Notes: generated from the letters alone by a model not told the origin. A stretch of DNA of 39,900 bases from an uncultured delta proteobacterium (GCA_963733195.1 CAVTCR010000054.1:1-39900); one strand, 5' to 3'; positions 8,745 through 21,993 are shown, counted from the first letter of the stretch. Numbers and translations are program-made.

Positions 8745-10892
8745 ATGGCAAAGAAACGTACGAACCACGAGAAGACTAAACAGGCTGGTAACGGCCGAGT
8801 CACGGCACAATATGCTGACCAGCAAGTGACAACCGGCGCGGGCGGGGAAGTGCATCAGACCGCTGGAGGCAATACACCGGTGTTGACCACGCAGCAGGGC
8901 ATTCCCGTTTCCGACGATCAAAATTCGCTCAAGATCGGCGTACGCGGCCCGACAGCGCTCGAAGATTTTCATTTTCGCGAAAAGCTCTTCCACTTCGATC
9001 ATGAGCGCATCCCCGAGCGCGTTGTGCATGCCCGTGGCTTTGGCGCGCATGGCTATTTCGAGAACTATGAGTCGCTTGCCGACATTACCAAGGCCGACAT
9101 TTTTCAACGAAGAGGAGAGAAAACGCCCGCCTTCGTGCGCTTCTCGACTGTGGCTGGCAACAAGGGCTCGCCTGACCTCGCGCGCGATGTCCGCGGTTTC
9201 GCCGTGAAGCTCTATACGAAGGAAGGCAATTGGGACATCGTGGGGAACAATATCCCGGTATTTTTTATTCAGGACGCCATCAAGTTTCCAGACATAATCC
9301 ATTCGGTGAAGCAGGAACCAGATCGAGGATTTCCGCAAGCGGCGTCGGCACACGATAACTTCTGGGATTTCATCTCCTTGACGCCCGAAAGTATGCACAT
9401 GATCATGTGGGTCATGTCCGACCGGGCGATCCCTCGCTCTTTCCGCTTTATGGAAGGCTTTGGTGTTCATACCTTCCGCTTAATAAATGCAGAGGGAAAA
9501 TCGACCTTCGTCAAGTTCCATTGGAAACCGAAGTTGGGAATGCAATCAGTAGTATGGAACGAAGCGGTGAAGATCAATGGCGCCGATCCTGACTTCCATC
9601 GCCGTGATCTATGGAATGCAATCCAAATGGGCAGCTATCCTGAATGGGAGCTTGGCTTACAGCTCTTTGACGAAGAGTTCGCTGATAAATTTGCCTTTGA
9701 TGTACTCGATGCGACCAAGCTTATTCCAGAGGAAGACGTGCCCATTCGGCGCGTCGGTCGCCTCGTGCTTGATCGTTGTGTTGACAATTTTTTCGCCGAA
9801 ACCGAACAGGTTGCCTTCTGCACTCAGAATATCGTGCCTGGGATAGACTTTTCCAACGATCCCCTCCTTCAAGGTCGCAACTTCTCGTACCTCGATACGC
9901 AGCTTAAACGGCTCGGTGGCCCTAACTTTACTCATCTTCCGATCAATGCGCCGAAGTGTCCTTTTGCGCATTTCCAGCAAGACGGGCATATGGCCATGAT
10001 GAACCCAAAAGGACGAGTAAACTATGAGCCGAATTCGTGGAGCGGGAAGGACAGTGGTCCGCGCGAATCACCCGAGCAGGGTTTTCGTTCGTACCCCGTG
10101 GAGGAGGAGGGTGCCAAACTGCGTGTCCGGTCAGAAACATTTGCCGACCATTACAGCCAAGCACGGCAGTTTTATTTGAGTCAGACTGATGTCGAACAGA
10201 ATCACATCGCTGCCGCCCTTACCTTTGAACTGAGTAAAGTGGAAAGGCTCCAGATCCGTACCCGTGTTGTCTCGCATCTCCTGAACATAGATACCAATTT
10301 GGCGAAACAAGTAGCGGACGGTCTGCGTCTAAAGGAGATGCCTGAGCCAGCAGACGCCGCGAAGCCCACTTTGCAGGATCTGAAGACGTCTCCAGCTCTG
10401 AGTATCCTCCTTAACGGTCCAAACAGTTTTATGGGTCGTAAGATGGGTGCGCTAGTCACAGATGGTGTGGATATTGGCGTCTTAAAAGCACTAAAAGCTG
10501 CTGTGGAAGAAGAAGGTGCGGTACTCGAGATCGTTGCGCCCCAGGTGGGTGGGGTTGAAGCTAGTGATGGTTCTTGGGTCGAAGCAAAACAGAAGATTGA
10601 TGGTGGCCCCTCGGTTCTCTATGATGCGGTAGCGTTGTTACCGTCTAAAGCCGGGGCAACAATACTGGCGCAGGAAGCAAGTGCACGTGATTTTGTCGCC
10701 GATGCGTTTGCTCATTGCAAGTTTATTGGCTATGTCGAGGCAGCCTTACCTCTCTTTAAGAAGGCCGGCGTACCCGAAAGTCTAGATGAGGGATTCGTGA
10801 GGCTCACAGGAGCGGACGCATGTACACAATTTCTGACAATCTGCCGTCAGCTTCGTTTATGGACTCGTGAGGCGGCAGTGAAACAGGTGTAA
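8745..10892 (+). CDS. katE: Large-subunit monofunctional catalase (HPII) with C-terminal DJ-1/GATase-like domain
   Basis: [15 protein letters not shown] (distal His), [19 protein letters not shown] (proximal Tyr), [10 protein letters not shown]...[12 protein letters not shown] 8745 follows AAGGA. Confidence 0.97.
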   Translation: MAKKRTNHEKTKQAGNGRVTAQYADQQVTTGAGGEVHQTAGGNTPVLTTQQGIPVSDDQNSLKIGVRGPTALEDFHFREKLFHFDHERIPERVVHARGFGAHGYFENYESLADITKADIFQRRGEKTPAFVRFSTVAGNKGSPDLARDVRGFAVKLYTKEGNWDIVGNNIPVFFIQDAIKFPDIIHSVKQEPDRGFPQAASAHDNFWDFISLTPESMHMIMWVMSDRAIPRSFRFMEGFGVHTFRLINAEGKSTFVKFHWKPKLGMQSVVWNEAVKINGADPDFHRRDLWNAIQMGSYPEWELGLQLFDEEFADKFAFDVLDATKLIPEEDVPIRRVGRLVLDRCVDNFFAETEQVAFCTQNIVPGIDFSNDPLLQGRNFSYLDTQLKRLGGPNFTHLPINAPKCPFAHFQQDGHMAMMNPKGRVNYEPNSWSGKDSGPRESPEQGFRSYPVEEEGAKLRVRSETFADHYSQARQFYLSQTDVEQNHIAAALTFELSKVERLQIRTRVVSHLLNIDTNLAKQVADGLRLKEMPEPADAAKPTLQDLKTSPALSILLNGPNSFMGRKMGALVTDGVDIGVLKALKAAVEEEGAVLEIVAPQVGGVEASDGSWVEAKQKIDGGPSVLYDAVALLPSKAGATILAQEASARDFVADAFAHCKFIGYVEAALPLFKKAGVPESLDEGFVRLTGADACTQFLTICRQLRLWTREAAVKQV

Positions 10893-11018
10893 TAACAAAG
10901 TGCAGGGTGTACCCAGGAAAGAGAGTACAGTGGCCTTAATGCGGATGAAAAAGACCAGATGGGGCTGTTGACGAGGGTTCTCGTTCTACTTAATCCTGGT
11001 AGGGCTGAGATCAGAAAC

Positions 11019-11090
11019 GGAGGACGCATCTGGGTAGAATCCCGGATCGGAGAAGGGTCAGTTTTTTATTTCACAATTTGTAGCGTTTAG
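11019..11090 (+). pseudogene. Remnant of a histidine kinase C-terminus
   Basis: Translates to [23 protein letters not shown], nearly identical to the ends of the kinases at 3526 and 16816. Confidence 0.7.
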
Positions 11091-11122
11091 ATGCACAGGA
11101 ACCTGCTAAGCTTCGGCATCGT

Positions 11123-12940
<1,818 letters not shown>

Positions 12941-13067
12941 GATCCGGCGGCCGGTGCCAAGCGCAGATAACAAGCTACCCGTATACTCCAGTCGCACTGG
13001 CGGATAAACGGCCACCGTGGCCCCCAAACAGAGAGTGTCCTCACTTCTGACCTTATGGGATTGGGGC

Positions 13068-14984
13068 CTACGCAAGACTTTCCGTTAGTTGAACGGCTCC
13101 GATTGAGCTCTCCGGCTCAAGCGGCCGCACTGGTGTCGTTCCAAGCAATTGCGCTGCCTGATCCCGTGCCTCAGTCACGCTGCTAGCTACCAGGCTTGCG
13201 CCGTCTGTAGTCAGGCGGCGGAGGATCTTTTCCCTATCATCGACTGTTTCGTACTGAAGGCCGGGCCGTACTACTAAGATACGCAAGTCTGGGAATTGCC
13301 TGCGCAGGCGTTTGCATAGGTACCGGGCCTGCGTAAGACCGCCAGGCGGCATCGCGGTAATGCAGATGAGGTCTGGGATGCGTTGCTCCACGGCCTCCAA
13401 TACCTCAGATACCAGAGTTGCACTCGAGAGCTGTTCGACCTCGGCTGCCACAGGGTCTAACACTTGACGCAGCATGTCTAAGACGAGTTCAGCCCCCCTA
13501 CTCCGGGCGGGAATTCCTAAAATATACCCCCGCGGTTTACTCACTGAGGGTGTAGTCTTGTCAGCTCCCTCAGTCGTAGCTGCGTTGTCCTCTCGGGCCT
13601 GCATGGTAGCGATATGATGTACGATATCGTGGGTTGTCCGCAGCACAAACTCCTGCTCGGCCTCCGAGACCTCCTCGCGCACTCGATCCCGTTCAGCCAA
13701 AAGCAAGGTCGGCACGAGCACCTCGTCAAATACCTGCTCCCGGGATGTGTTCTGCAATTGCTGCTCAACAATCTCGCTCGCTTCATCTTCATCTCCGGCC
13801 AGGAGCCGTTGATAGAAGCTAATGTCCGTCTCTAGAGCTGGCTCATCCCCTAATAACACCGCAAGAAATTCTAGCCGTGGTACATGCTTTCCTACTACAG
13901 CTAAACAGACGGTGATTGGGGTAGACAGGACCAGACCAACTGGTCCCCAGAGCCAGGTCCAAAATAAAGCCGAGACGAGTAAAGCCAAAGAGGAAACGCC
14001 TGTATGGTGTCCGATCACTAGCGGCTCGATAACATTGGCGGTCACGGCGTCTAAGATCAGAAAAAGACCCAGGGTCATTAGGGTCTGTGACCATCCTTCA
14101 AACAGCACGAATGCCAACGCCGTGGGCAGCAGCATGGCTAACAGCGACCCGATATAGGGCACGAAGCGCAGCAGAGCAGCCGTAACTCCCCACAGGATGG
14201 CATAAGGTAAGCCGATCCAGAACAAGGCTGCTGTCACAAGGATTCCAAACCCACTGTTGATGAGGCACTGAGTGAGTAAATAACGGCTGATCCGCCGCCC
14301 AGCCTCGTCCATCGTTCGAGTCGTCAACGTGATCTTTCTATGGCCCATCAGTCGCAAGAAACGATTGCGGAGATCCTCTCGTTGGATCAGCATAAAAATC
14401 GTTAGGATGAGGACGATGCCAACCGTTGCAAGTGGCTCCAAGATCGGTGTAACCATCCCCCAGAACCGCTCCACATCAGTGGGTTCACTAGGGACTACCA
14501 AGACCGGCTGAACATTCTGCTTAACTGTAAGAGTCTTTTCATCCGTCTTTTTGTTGCCCTTCTGCTCAGCCTTCTCTTCTTGTTTGTCCAGTTCGTGGCT
14601 GACTTCCTCAACCGTTTTCTGCATGTCGGCAATCGCCCCTTTTCGGCTGGCACGAAGGGTAGCGAACTTCTGCTTGATCGTCTTAGAGTATTGAGGAATC
14701 TGGGCCGCGAGATCGTTAAATTGCCGGCTGAGTACGTAACCAAACCCTCCGACGACCCCGAGTGTGAGCACCATCACCACCGCAACTGCTCCGACCCGGG
14801 GGAGGCTAAGTCGTTCTAAGGCTTCAACTCCCGGGGTGAGGATAAACGTTAGCATGATCGCCAACGCCACAGGAATGAACACCGCATGGGCCAGAGCAAG
14901 GATGGTTACGAGTAATGCGATAGTCGCTATGAACAGGAGAGGTGTTAGTGCTTCTAAGAGAGCTGACCATTGCGACTTTACCAT
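13068..14984 (-). CDS. AI-2E (PerM/YdiK) family membrane protein with C-terminal soluble domain
   Basis: Hydrophobic segments, LLRFVPYIGS, NVIEP, WLWGPVGLVLSTPITVCL; about 250 aa cytoplasmic extension. Confidence 0.9.
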   Translation of the reverse strand: MVKSQWSALLEALTPLLFIATIALLVTILALAHAVFIPVALAIMLTFILTPGVEALERLSLPRVGAVAVVMVLTLGVVGGFGYVLSRQFNDLAAQIPQYSKTIKQKFATLRASRKGAIADMQKTVEEVSHELDKQEEKAEQKGNKKTDEKTLTVKQNVQPVLVVPSEPTDVERFWGMVTPILEPLATVGIVLILTIFMLIQREDLRNRFLRLMGHRKITLTTRTMDEAGRRISRYLLTQCLINSGFGILVTAALFWIGLPYAILWGVTAALLRFVPYIGSLLAMLLPTALAFVLFEGWSQTLMTLGLFLILDAVTANVIEPLVIGHHTGVSSLALLVSALFWTWLWGPVGLVLSTPITVCLAVVGKHVPRLEFLAVLLGDEPALETDISFYQRLLAGDEDEASEIVEQQLQNTSREQVFDEVLVPTLLLAERDRVREEVSEAEQEFVLRTTHDIVHHIATMQAREDNAATTEGADKTTPSVSKPRGYILGIPARSRGAELVLDMLRQVLDPVAAEVEQLSSATLVSEVLEAVEQRIPDLICITAMPPGGLTQARYLCKRLRRQFPDLRILVVRPGLQYETVDDREKILRRLTTDGASLVASSVTEARDQAAQLLGTTPVRPLEPESSIGAVQLTESLA

Positions 14985-15116
14985 AAGATATTTTTCACCT
15001 ACGTAACGTATGGGCCGCAGCCATTATGTCTTGTTGCGCGCTTCTTTGTAAAGGCAGCGGCATACATCACTAGATGAAAACAATAAGTGACATCAGCGTT
15101 AGCATCGAAAACCAAA

Positions 15117-15131
15117 GCAGTCGGAGTGCCT
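15117..15131 (-). promoter_or_regulatory. sigma-54 promoter candidate (AI-2E gene), weaker match
   Basis: Minus strand AGGCACTCCGACTGC = GG-N10-GC. Confidence 0.4.
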
Positions 15132-15508
15132 CGGGAAAAAATCTCGAGGGTCGGAGAGAGTCTCGCTGGCCCGGCCTAACCTGAATTACTGCTTGTCTCG
15201 ATGTACGAAAATGACATATGGGTAAAGGGATTGTCTAAGTTGAACCACAGGGGATTCCTGCACTTCATAACATGTTGTGCCTTGCCTCCACTCGACGGTC
15301 AATCGTCGGCTCACGGTACAAAGCCCGGGAAACCAGGCTCTGAGAGGACTGAAGTCCCTTTCGTAGAAAGGGTTTCCTTAACTGTAGGTTTCTTTCTTAT
15401 AGTTGTACGATACATATTAGGCCATCGACTTGGGGTCGATGGCCTAGACGCCGAACATTATCTACGAAAACGAATCGGCCTACCTCATCGAGGTAGATAC
15501 CGGCTTAC

Positions 15509-16024
15509 TTACACTCGCGCCTCTTCTGTGTATGAGATGTCCTCTGCCCCGGCGCGCGTGAAGATTTCCTTGGCACGTGCTCGCTCGGTGCTATCTTCGG
15601 CGTGTACTGAAATCAGTATGTTGCCATCCTTCACTCTTCCCTCATAGCGCTTGGCTTCATATTCGGGGATTCCCATTCCAATAAGAGCGCCTGAGATACC
15701 ACCAAGTGCGGCACCGGCGGCGGCACCACTAAGGGCCGCCATGATCGGGCCAGCCGCAACAAACGGCCCCAGGCCTGGAATAGCTAAGGCCCCAATGCCG
15801 ACGAGCCAGCCAAAGGCGCCACCGAGTACGCCACCAGTACCTGCTCCTGTCGCCGCGCCTTCCGGGGCTTTGGTATGTTGCTCATGGGCAAAGTCTTTTG
15901 TTCCACTCTTATCAGGGAATAGGACCGAGATATCATTGTTAGAAAAGCCTGCTGCCTTTAGTTGATCCACTATCGTGGTCGCCTGGGCCTCGCTCTTCGC
16001 AATACAAAATACTGCTTTTGCCAT
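15509..16024 (-). CDS. General-stress-type membrane protein with glycine zipper
   Basis: LKAAGFSNNDISVL, GAATGAGTGGVLGG, LAIPGLGPFVAAGP, GIPEYEAKRYE; SD GAGGAG. Confidence 0.85.
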   Translation of the reverse strand: MAKAVFCIAKSEAQATTIVDQLKAAGFSNNDISVLFPDKSGTKDFAHEQHTKAPEGAATGAGTGGVLGGAFGWLVGIGALAIPGLGPFVAAGPIMAALSGAAAGAALGGISGALIGMGIPEYEAKRYEGRVKDGNILISVHAEDSTERARAKEIFTRAGAEDISYTEEARV

Positions 16025-16055
16025 AGTGTTCTCCTCAATGTTATGTGTAATAAGG

Positions 16056-16457
16056 TTACTGTGCTGCCACTTCGAGTTGATTCTCCACCTGTTTTGTACC
16101 TGCTAGCTTCTGCGCTGTTTCCGCAACTTTGGCTTTTTCTTGCGCACTCAAGACAGGACCGCGCAACGTCACGACCCCATCCACCGTAATGATCTTAACG
16201 TTGTGGGCATTGGTCGACAGCGACTTATCGGCTACCACCGCCTCGCGAATACGACGGGTCAGCTCTACATCGGCTTCATTCGAGGATTGGTCGGCTGGAG
16301 TAAGAGTTTTATCATCACGGTCGCGCACGTTTTTCCCGGTATTATCCGGGGCAGTTTGTGCGAGAAGTGTGGGAGGTGTTAGATTCTCTGCGAGGACAGG
16401 ACCCAGCGACCCGCCCGCAATAACAAAAGTGGTCAACAACAGCGTCATCTTTTTCAT
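16056..16457 (-). CDS. Exported BON-domain (OsmY-like) protein
   Basis: Signal peptide, DNTGKNVRDR, LSTNAHNVKIITVDGVVTLRGPV, VENQLEV; SD AAGGAG before ATG 16457. Confidence 0.9.
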   Translation of the reverse strand: MKKMTLLLTTFVIAGGSLGPVLAENLTPPTLLAQTAPDNTGKNVRDRDDKTLTPADQSSNEADVELTRRIREAVVADKSLSTNAHNVKIITVDGVVTLRGPVLSAQEKAKVAETAQKLAGTKQVENQLEVAAQ

Positions 16458-16504
16458 TTGCTGCACTCCTTAAAGAAAAGAATGAATGATGACGAATAGA
16501 CTGA

Positions 16505-16519
16505 GCAACAAGAGTGCCA
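16505..16519 (-). promoter_or_regulatory. sigma-54 promoter candidate (BON operon)
   Basis: Minus strand TGGCACTCTTGTTGC = GG-N10-GC. Confidence 0.75.
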
Positions 16520-16579
16520 CGAACGAAATACAAATTTTGTGTGAAAGATTAGGGAGAAGAGTCAAGCCTAATAACTGAC

Positions 16580-16618
16580 TGTGTCTTTTCCCCTACAAGG
16601 CAGTTAATTTTCCCTACA
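16580..16618 (-). promoter_or_regulatory. Candidate enhancer (UAS): two TGTAGG boxes 21 bp apart
   Basis: cctaca at 16592-16597 and 16613-16618; the same arrangement occurs at 28093 and 28114. Confidence 0.45.
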
Positions 16619-16815
16619 GCCACAGAAGATAATGAAATGAATAGGAAAAAGTCAGGAGTGGTGGTATGTATGGGCCTTATGGAACTCCGAAAAGTAGCCA
16701 GTAGCCAGCACGTCAAAGTAAAATCAAAAATGAAGAACAGAAAATTCTGAGCCTGATTCCTTATTTTGCATTCCCTGCACGCCCACTACTATCTCCGCAT
16801 CTCATTCATCGTTCA

Positions 16816-18691
16816 TCATTCATGTCCTTCGTTTCTTTCTTCATCACTAATGGTGAAATAAAAGATCGACCCTTCGCCGGGTCGTGACTCTACCCAGATG
16901 CGCCCGCCATGGCGCTCGACGATCTTCTTGCAGATCGCTAGTCCAATCCCCGTGCCTGGGTATTCACTGCGGGTGTGTAACCGCTGGAACACTTGAAAGA
17001 GCCGCGGGGCTTGTTGCGGATCAATACCGATCCCGTTGTCGCGAATGGAAAATCGCCAGTGACGATCTTCTTTGACGGCCGAGACATGAATCTGGGGCGG
17101 GGCCTGGCCACGAAACTTCAGCGCGTTGCCAATCAGGTTTTGCACTACCTGCCCTAAGCGGGTAGCGTCGCCCAGGACAGTCGGCAGGGGGTCGTGGGTC
17201 ACCTCAGCCTTGGCATCAGCAATAGCCACCTGCAACTCGCTCTGGACACGAGTGAGTAAGGCTTCACTATTCACTATGGTGAATGTTTCCGTCGGCCCAC
17301 CCACTCGCGTGTAGGACAAGAGATCGGTGAGCATCTGCTGCATGCGCTGGGCAGCATCAGTGACAAAGGAGATATATTCATCAGCGGTGGCATCGAGTTG
17401 GCCCTGGTAGCACCGGGCGAGGAGGGTCGCGAAGTTACTCATGGTGCGCAGCGGCTCGTTGAGGTCATGGGCGACGATGTGGGAAAACTGTTGCAGTTCG
17501 TCGTGAACACGCTGCAACTCAGCCGCCCTTCGGGCCAGTTCCCTTTCCATATGTTTCTGCTGAGTGATGTCGCGGGCGATCTTCGACGCGCCGATGATCG
17601 AGCCGTGCTCGTCCCGGATAGGCGAAATGGTGACGGACACGTCGACTGCGCGTCCGTCCTTAGTCCGGCGCACGGTCTCAAAGTGGTCCATTCGCTCGCC
17701 CCGTCGCAGGCGCTCGAGAATCATGTGCTCTTCATCGTGCCGATCCTTCGGCAGCAGGCGCAGAATCGGCTGCCCTATCATCTCCTCGGTCCGGTAGCCG
17801 AAGAGGCGCTCCGCTGCGGCATTCCAACTGGTTACCACGCCATCGAGGGTTTTGCTGATAATGGCGTCATCTGAGGATTCGACGATCGCCGCCAGTTGCC
17901 GACTAGCCTCTTCTGCTTGTTTGCGGGTAGTGATGTCCATAGCGACTCCCGCCATGCGGACGACTTGGCCGACTGTGTCGGCGAAGACCTGCCCTTTGCT
18001 TGCGATCCACCACACGGTTCCATCCGGCCGGACGAGCCGGAACTCTATGTCGTACGGCATCCTCTCCGCTAGCGCACGAGAGACCCTCTGATCGACCTCG
18101 GGGCGGTCACTGGGATGAACCATGGTCTAGGAAGGCCTCGTACGTGCCGCCAAAGGCGCCTGGGCTGAGGCCGGCCGCCAATTCGAAATTGGTAGACAAC
18201 GTGATCATGCCGGTCCGCAGATCCCAATCCCACGTTCCCATCTGGGCCGCGTCTAGCGCGAGGCGTAGCCGTTCTTCCCGCTCGCGAAGCGCAGCTTCTG
18301 TCTGGCGCACCCGCAGTAGCGCCCGCACCGTGGCCAGCAGCACGGGAGGCTCGACTGGGCTCGTCAGGTATGAGTCTGCTCCGCTCTGGAGACCCTGCAC
18401 TTTGTCTTCATCTCGGACGTACACCGCCGACAACTGTAGCACGGGGGTTGCCATGGTTGCCGGATGCTCTTTCAGTTGGGCGCATATCTCGAAACCACTC
18501 AGATCGGGCAGTCGGACGTCGAGCACAATTAGGTCTGGCTGTGGCTGCGCAGCTGCCAGCTGCAGTGCCTCACGACCGCTGGCTGCCTCGATGACGAGAA
18601 ACCCTTCCTTGCGTAGCAACCGGCTCATCGCGTACCGATTGGCGTCCGTATCATCGACCAGCAAGATCTTCGGGGAAGAAGGAGTTGCCAT
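16816..18691 (-). CDS. Hybrid REC-PAS-PAS histidine kinase; one frameshift near 18120
   Basis: Receiver ILLVDD...IVLDVRLPD, PAS MGTWDWD...[24 protein letters not shown]-box [37 protein letters not shown]. Confidence 0.9.
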
Positions 18692-18739
18692 AATGTCTCC
18701 TGTAGAAAAACTGTTCGTCGTAAGACACTGGACATCGCC

Positions 18740-20860
18740 TCACGCAGGCTGCAGCACAGAAGATAGAGCCGCCCGCACCGTGTCGCGCGATAATGTCGCC
18801 TTCGAAAGTATGGTACCCGTACGTGTTGCGAGCTGAGCACGTTCCGCCGGGCTGAGCACTTTCGAGGTTGCGATGATCACCGGAATATCTTTGGTGCCGG
18901 GATCGGCTTCTAATTGCCGCAGCACTTCATAACCATCCATCCCTGGCATCGCGAGATCGAGGACGATGACATGAGGATGTTCGCTCTGCGCCCGCCGCAG
19001 ACCGTCCAACCCGGTCATTGCTTCGCTCACGACATAGGGCATGCCAGCCAGACACTGGGTGAAGATATACCGGGCCATTTCCTCATCATCAATGATCAAC
19101 ACGCGCGGGAACGGTGCCTGACCGGTGAGCCGATGTAATTCTCCTAATAGCCACTCGCGCGTGATCGGTTTGATGGCGTACGCATCTGCCCCTAGCGCTC
19201 GGCCTTTGTGTTGGTCTTCCAGTATGGTAACGACCAGGACCGGAATGTCCTTAGTGTCTTCCCGCGCTTTCAGTTCTGTCAGAAAGCTCCAGGCGTCTTT
19301 CCCCGCTAGAAGGATATCCAAGATAATAGCGCGCGGCCGGATCCGCGTGAGGGCATCCTGGGCCTCTCTGAGCGTTCGGGCGGACAGGGCTTGAAAGGAT
19401 GACCCTTTGAGGAACTTCTCGTAGATGAACTGCGTCTCGGTATGATCCTCCACGATCAACACTGGCACGCGCGCCGGATCGAGATCCCACTCGGCGCCCG
19501 CCTCGTTAGAGATCTCTCGACCAGACTGGAACCGGAGTGGAATAGTGACGAAGAAGGTGGACCCTATGCCGACCTCACTCGTTACCCCTACACTTCCTCC
19601 CAATAGTTCCGCCAGCTTTTTGCACAGAGGCAACCCCAGCCCGGTACCTTTGATCTGCTTCTGTAATGGGTTCTCTAGTTGGGTGAACTCCAGAAAAATG
19701 ATCTCCTGGTCCTCGGGTGCAATACCGATCCCTGTATCCGCAACCGCGAAGACGACTGCATCACCTTCCGACGTCAGCGTAGCCGAGACGCGGATCTCGC
19801 CCCGTTCCGTGAACTTGAGCGCGTTGGAGAGAAAGTTGCGCAGAATCTGTGAAAGCTTGCCTTCATCACTCCGGAGTAGGGACAAGCCGATCGGCTCCTC
19901 AAAGATCAGCTCAATCGCCTCGCTGACTAAGAGAGGCCGGAGCATCCCACGCAGGGTGCTGAACAGATCAGCAATCGCAAACTCCGTGGGGCGCACCGTC
20001 AGTTTGCCAGCCTCGATCTTGGCCAAGTCAAGTAGATCGTTGACAAGCTCCGAAAGCGTCTCAGCCGATTTGCGGATAAAGATGGTCTGTTTTTCTTGTT
20101 CCTCTGTTAAGTCTCCGTCGGTACGGTCTAGCATGAGCCGAGAGAGGGACAGAATCGAGTTCACTGGTGTGCGAAACTCATGACTCATGTTAGAGAGGAA
20201 GCGGGTCTTGAGTTCATCCGCCCGTCGCAGATGATCAGCCTTCTCATCCAGTTCGGCGTACAAGGCTACGACGCCGCGGTTGGTATCTTCCAGCTCGCGA
20301 TTCAGCCGCACCAGCTCATCCCGGTTGGCGCGCAACTCCTCTAGGGTGCGGAGCAATTCCTGATTTTGCTGTTGGACCTCGGTGAGTAGATCTTGCGGCC
20401 GCTCTCGGGCGAGTGCATCCGTCACCTGTGCCAGACGTTGAGCATTGAACAGTAGAGTCTGGTACGGCATGAGCTTGTTGAGCCGGACTGTCGTACCCTG
20501 GCCAGGTAAGGATTCAATACTCACTTGGTCCATGAGCCGACGGGCCCCTAGGATACCCAAGCCCATCCCCGTCGGAGAGTGATACTGCCCGTCGAGGATT
20601 GCTTGCAGGTGGGGAATGCCCGGCCCCTGGTCGCTTATACAGATCTGAAAGAGCTGCGGCGATGTCTGGCCCTCGAGGAGGAATTCAGCTTTTCCCCCGC
20701 TGGCGTAGGTGACGGCATTGCGGGCGATCTCCGACACGGCGGTGGCAATTCGCGTCTGATCCTGAGCCTCGAATCCCAGCAGTTTCGCAATCTGTCGCGC
20801 TCGCTGGCGGATGAGGACCACGTCATGTTCATGTTGCAGGGTTATGGAGAGGATACGCAT
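18740..20860 (-). CDS. Stressosome-associated hybrid kinase: RsbT-like ATPase, coiled coil, HisKA, HATPase, REC, REC
   Basis: TRIATAVSEIARNA...DQGPGI...GMGLGILGARRLMD (RsbT-like), MSHEFRTP, NFLSNALKFT, GTGLGL, and two receiver domains. Confidence 0.92.
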   Translation of the reverse strand: MRILSITLQHEHDVVLIRQRARQIAKLLGFEAQDQTRIATAVSEIARNAVTYASGGKAEFLLEGQTSPQLFQICISDQGPGIPHLQAILDGQYHSPTGMGLGILGARRLMDQVSIESLPGQGTTVRLNKLMPYQTLLFNAQRLAQVTDALARERPQDLLTEVQQQNQELLRTLEELRANRDELVRLNRELEDTNRGVVALYAELDEKADHLRRADELKTRFLSNMSHEFRTPVNSILSLSRLMLDRTDGDLTEEQEKQTIFIRKSAETLSELVNDLLDLAKIEAGKLTVRPTEFAIADLFSTLRGMLRPLLVSEAIELIFEEPIGLSLLRSDEGKLSQILRNFLSNALKFTERGEIRVSATLTSEGDAVVFAVADTGIGIAPEDQEIIFLEFTQLENPLQKQIKGTGLGLPLCKKLAELLGGSVGVTSEVGIGSTFFVTIPLRFQSGREISNEAGAEWDLDPARVPVLIVEDHTETQFIYEKFLKGSSFQALSARTLREAQDALTRIRPRAIILDILLAGKDAWSFLTELKAREDTKDIPVLVVTILEDQHKGRALGADAYAIKPITREWLLGELHRLTGQAPFPRVLIIDDEEMARYIFTQCLAGMPYVVSEAMTGLDGLRRAQSEHPHVIVLDLAMPGMDGYEVLRQLEADPGTKDIPVIIATSKVLSPAERAQLATRTGTILSKATLSRDTVRAALSSVLQPA

Positions 20861-20871
20861 ACAAGCTGTCC

Positions 20872-21993
20872 TTAGTGCCGCAATACGGAGTCTGGCGTCC
20901 AGGACGTTTTTGCCGCGCTGATCACAATGATCGTGACATCGTCCCTGCCGCGGCTAAAGTCGCGATACAGCACGCCGGCAATTAGGCTGGGATGCCGGCC
21001 TGTCAATCCTGGATAGGCGTCAAGACGCCAGCGCGTCTGCAGACCGTCGGAATGCAACACTACGAGTGCGTCTGCAGACCAGGGGCAGGTGAATTCCTGA
21101 ATGCGTCGCACGTTGTGCCCCACGATACCGTTATGCGAAGCCATACTGCGACTGCCAGTGGTCGTCCAGATCACTCCGGCGATATTACCGACGCCGGCAA
21201 AGCGGACTACCTGTCTGGCCTGATCGATCTCGGCGACACCGACCGCTGCTCCGCGTGTACCTCGTGCGGCGGCATGCGTGGCCTCTAAAATCTCAGCTGG
21301 CGCTCGCGTCACACACTGACGACACGCCTCAACGATGGTGTGCGCAGCCTGGGCTGCCGCGGGGCCATGCCCCAGGCCATCAACCACCATTACCAGGTAA
21401 CGGGCAGTCTGCTGATCTACGACCCAGGCATCACCGCACTCCTCCTCGCCTGGCATTGGTAGCGAGACCATCCCAACTTCGAGAGACCGAAAGCGGGAAT
21501 CGCGAGCTGGAGCCGTCTGGACCGTGGACCTTGGGGCGTGGACTTCCGCTTGCATGCGGGCGAGCAAGGCGGTTCCTCCCCCAGAGACAGAATAGAGGTC
21601 GAACAGGGTCGAGAGGCGCGCCATCGCACCGAGCCCAGTGCCCGGACTACCAGAGGTGGAGTAGCCATCCTGCAAACATTGGGTGACATTGCTCATCCCA
21701 GGTCCTTTATCAAGGGCCAGCAGCTCGACACCAGGACTACTAGTTCCTGCAAATGCTCGCAGGAGCACCTGTCCCTCCCTGGCATATTTAACCAAGTTCG
21801 TAGCAGCTTCGCTGACAATCAAGGCGACTTTCCCGGTCTCAGTCTTCGTCAGCCCAATCCTCTGGGCGATGTGTGTGGCTACGCGCCGGGCTTCCCCCAC
21901 CTGACTCAGCTCGGTGATGGGCAAGCAATATTGCAAACCCAGTGGTATTTCCATAGACAGTCCTTCGTTCATCTTGCTTACTCTTTTCCTCAT
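20872..21993 (-). CDS. HATPase + SpoIIE/PP2C phosphatase (RsbX-like)
   Basis: VSEAATNLVKYA, DKGPGM, GTGLG, then CGDAW, VDGLGHG, HSDGL, GRDDVT; ATGA overlap with the rsbT stop. Confidence 0.88.
   Translation of the reverse strand: MRKRVSKMNEGLSMEIPLGLQYCLPITELSQVGEARRVATHIAQRIGLTKTETGKVALIVSEAATNLVKYAREGQVLLRAFAGTSSPGVELLALDKGPGMSNVTQCLQDGYSTSGSPGTGLGAMARLSTLFDLYSVSGGGTALLARMQAEVHAPRSTVQTAPARDSRFRSLEVGMVSLPMPGEEECGDAWVVDQQTARYLVMVVDGLGHGPAAAQAAHTIVEACRQCVTRAPAEILEATHAAARGTRGAAVGVAEIDQARQVVRFAGVGNIAGVIWTTTGSRSMASHNGIVGHNVRRIQEFTCPWSADALVVLHSDGLQTRWRLDAYPGLTGRHPSLIAGVLYRDFSRGRDDVTIIVISAAKTSWTPDSVLRH

Noticed and set aside
8682-9470. Long antisense ORFs (also 11087..11776, 18000..18836, 19545..20183, 21538..22110 and others)
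   Set aside because: They are shadows of well-supported genes on the opposite strand in GC-rich DNA and show no motifs.
15201-15508. Possible small genes between AI-2E and the general stress protein
   Set aside because: Only short ORFs without a convincing SD or recognisable motif.
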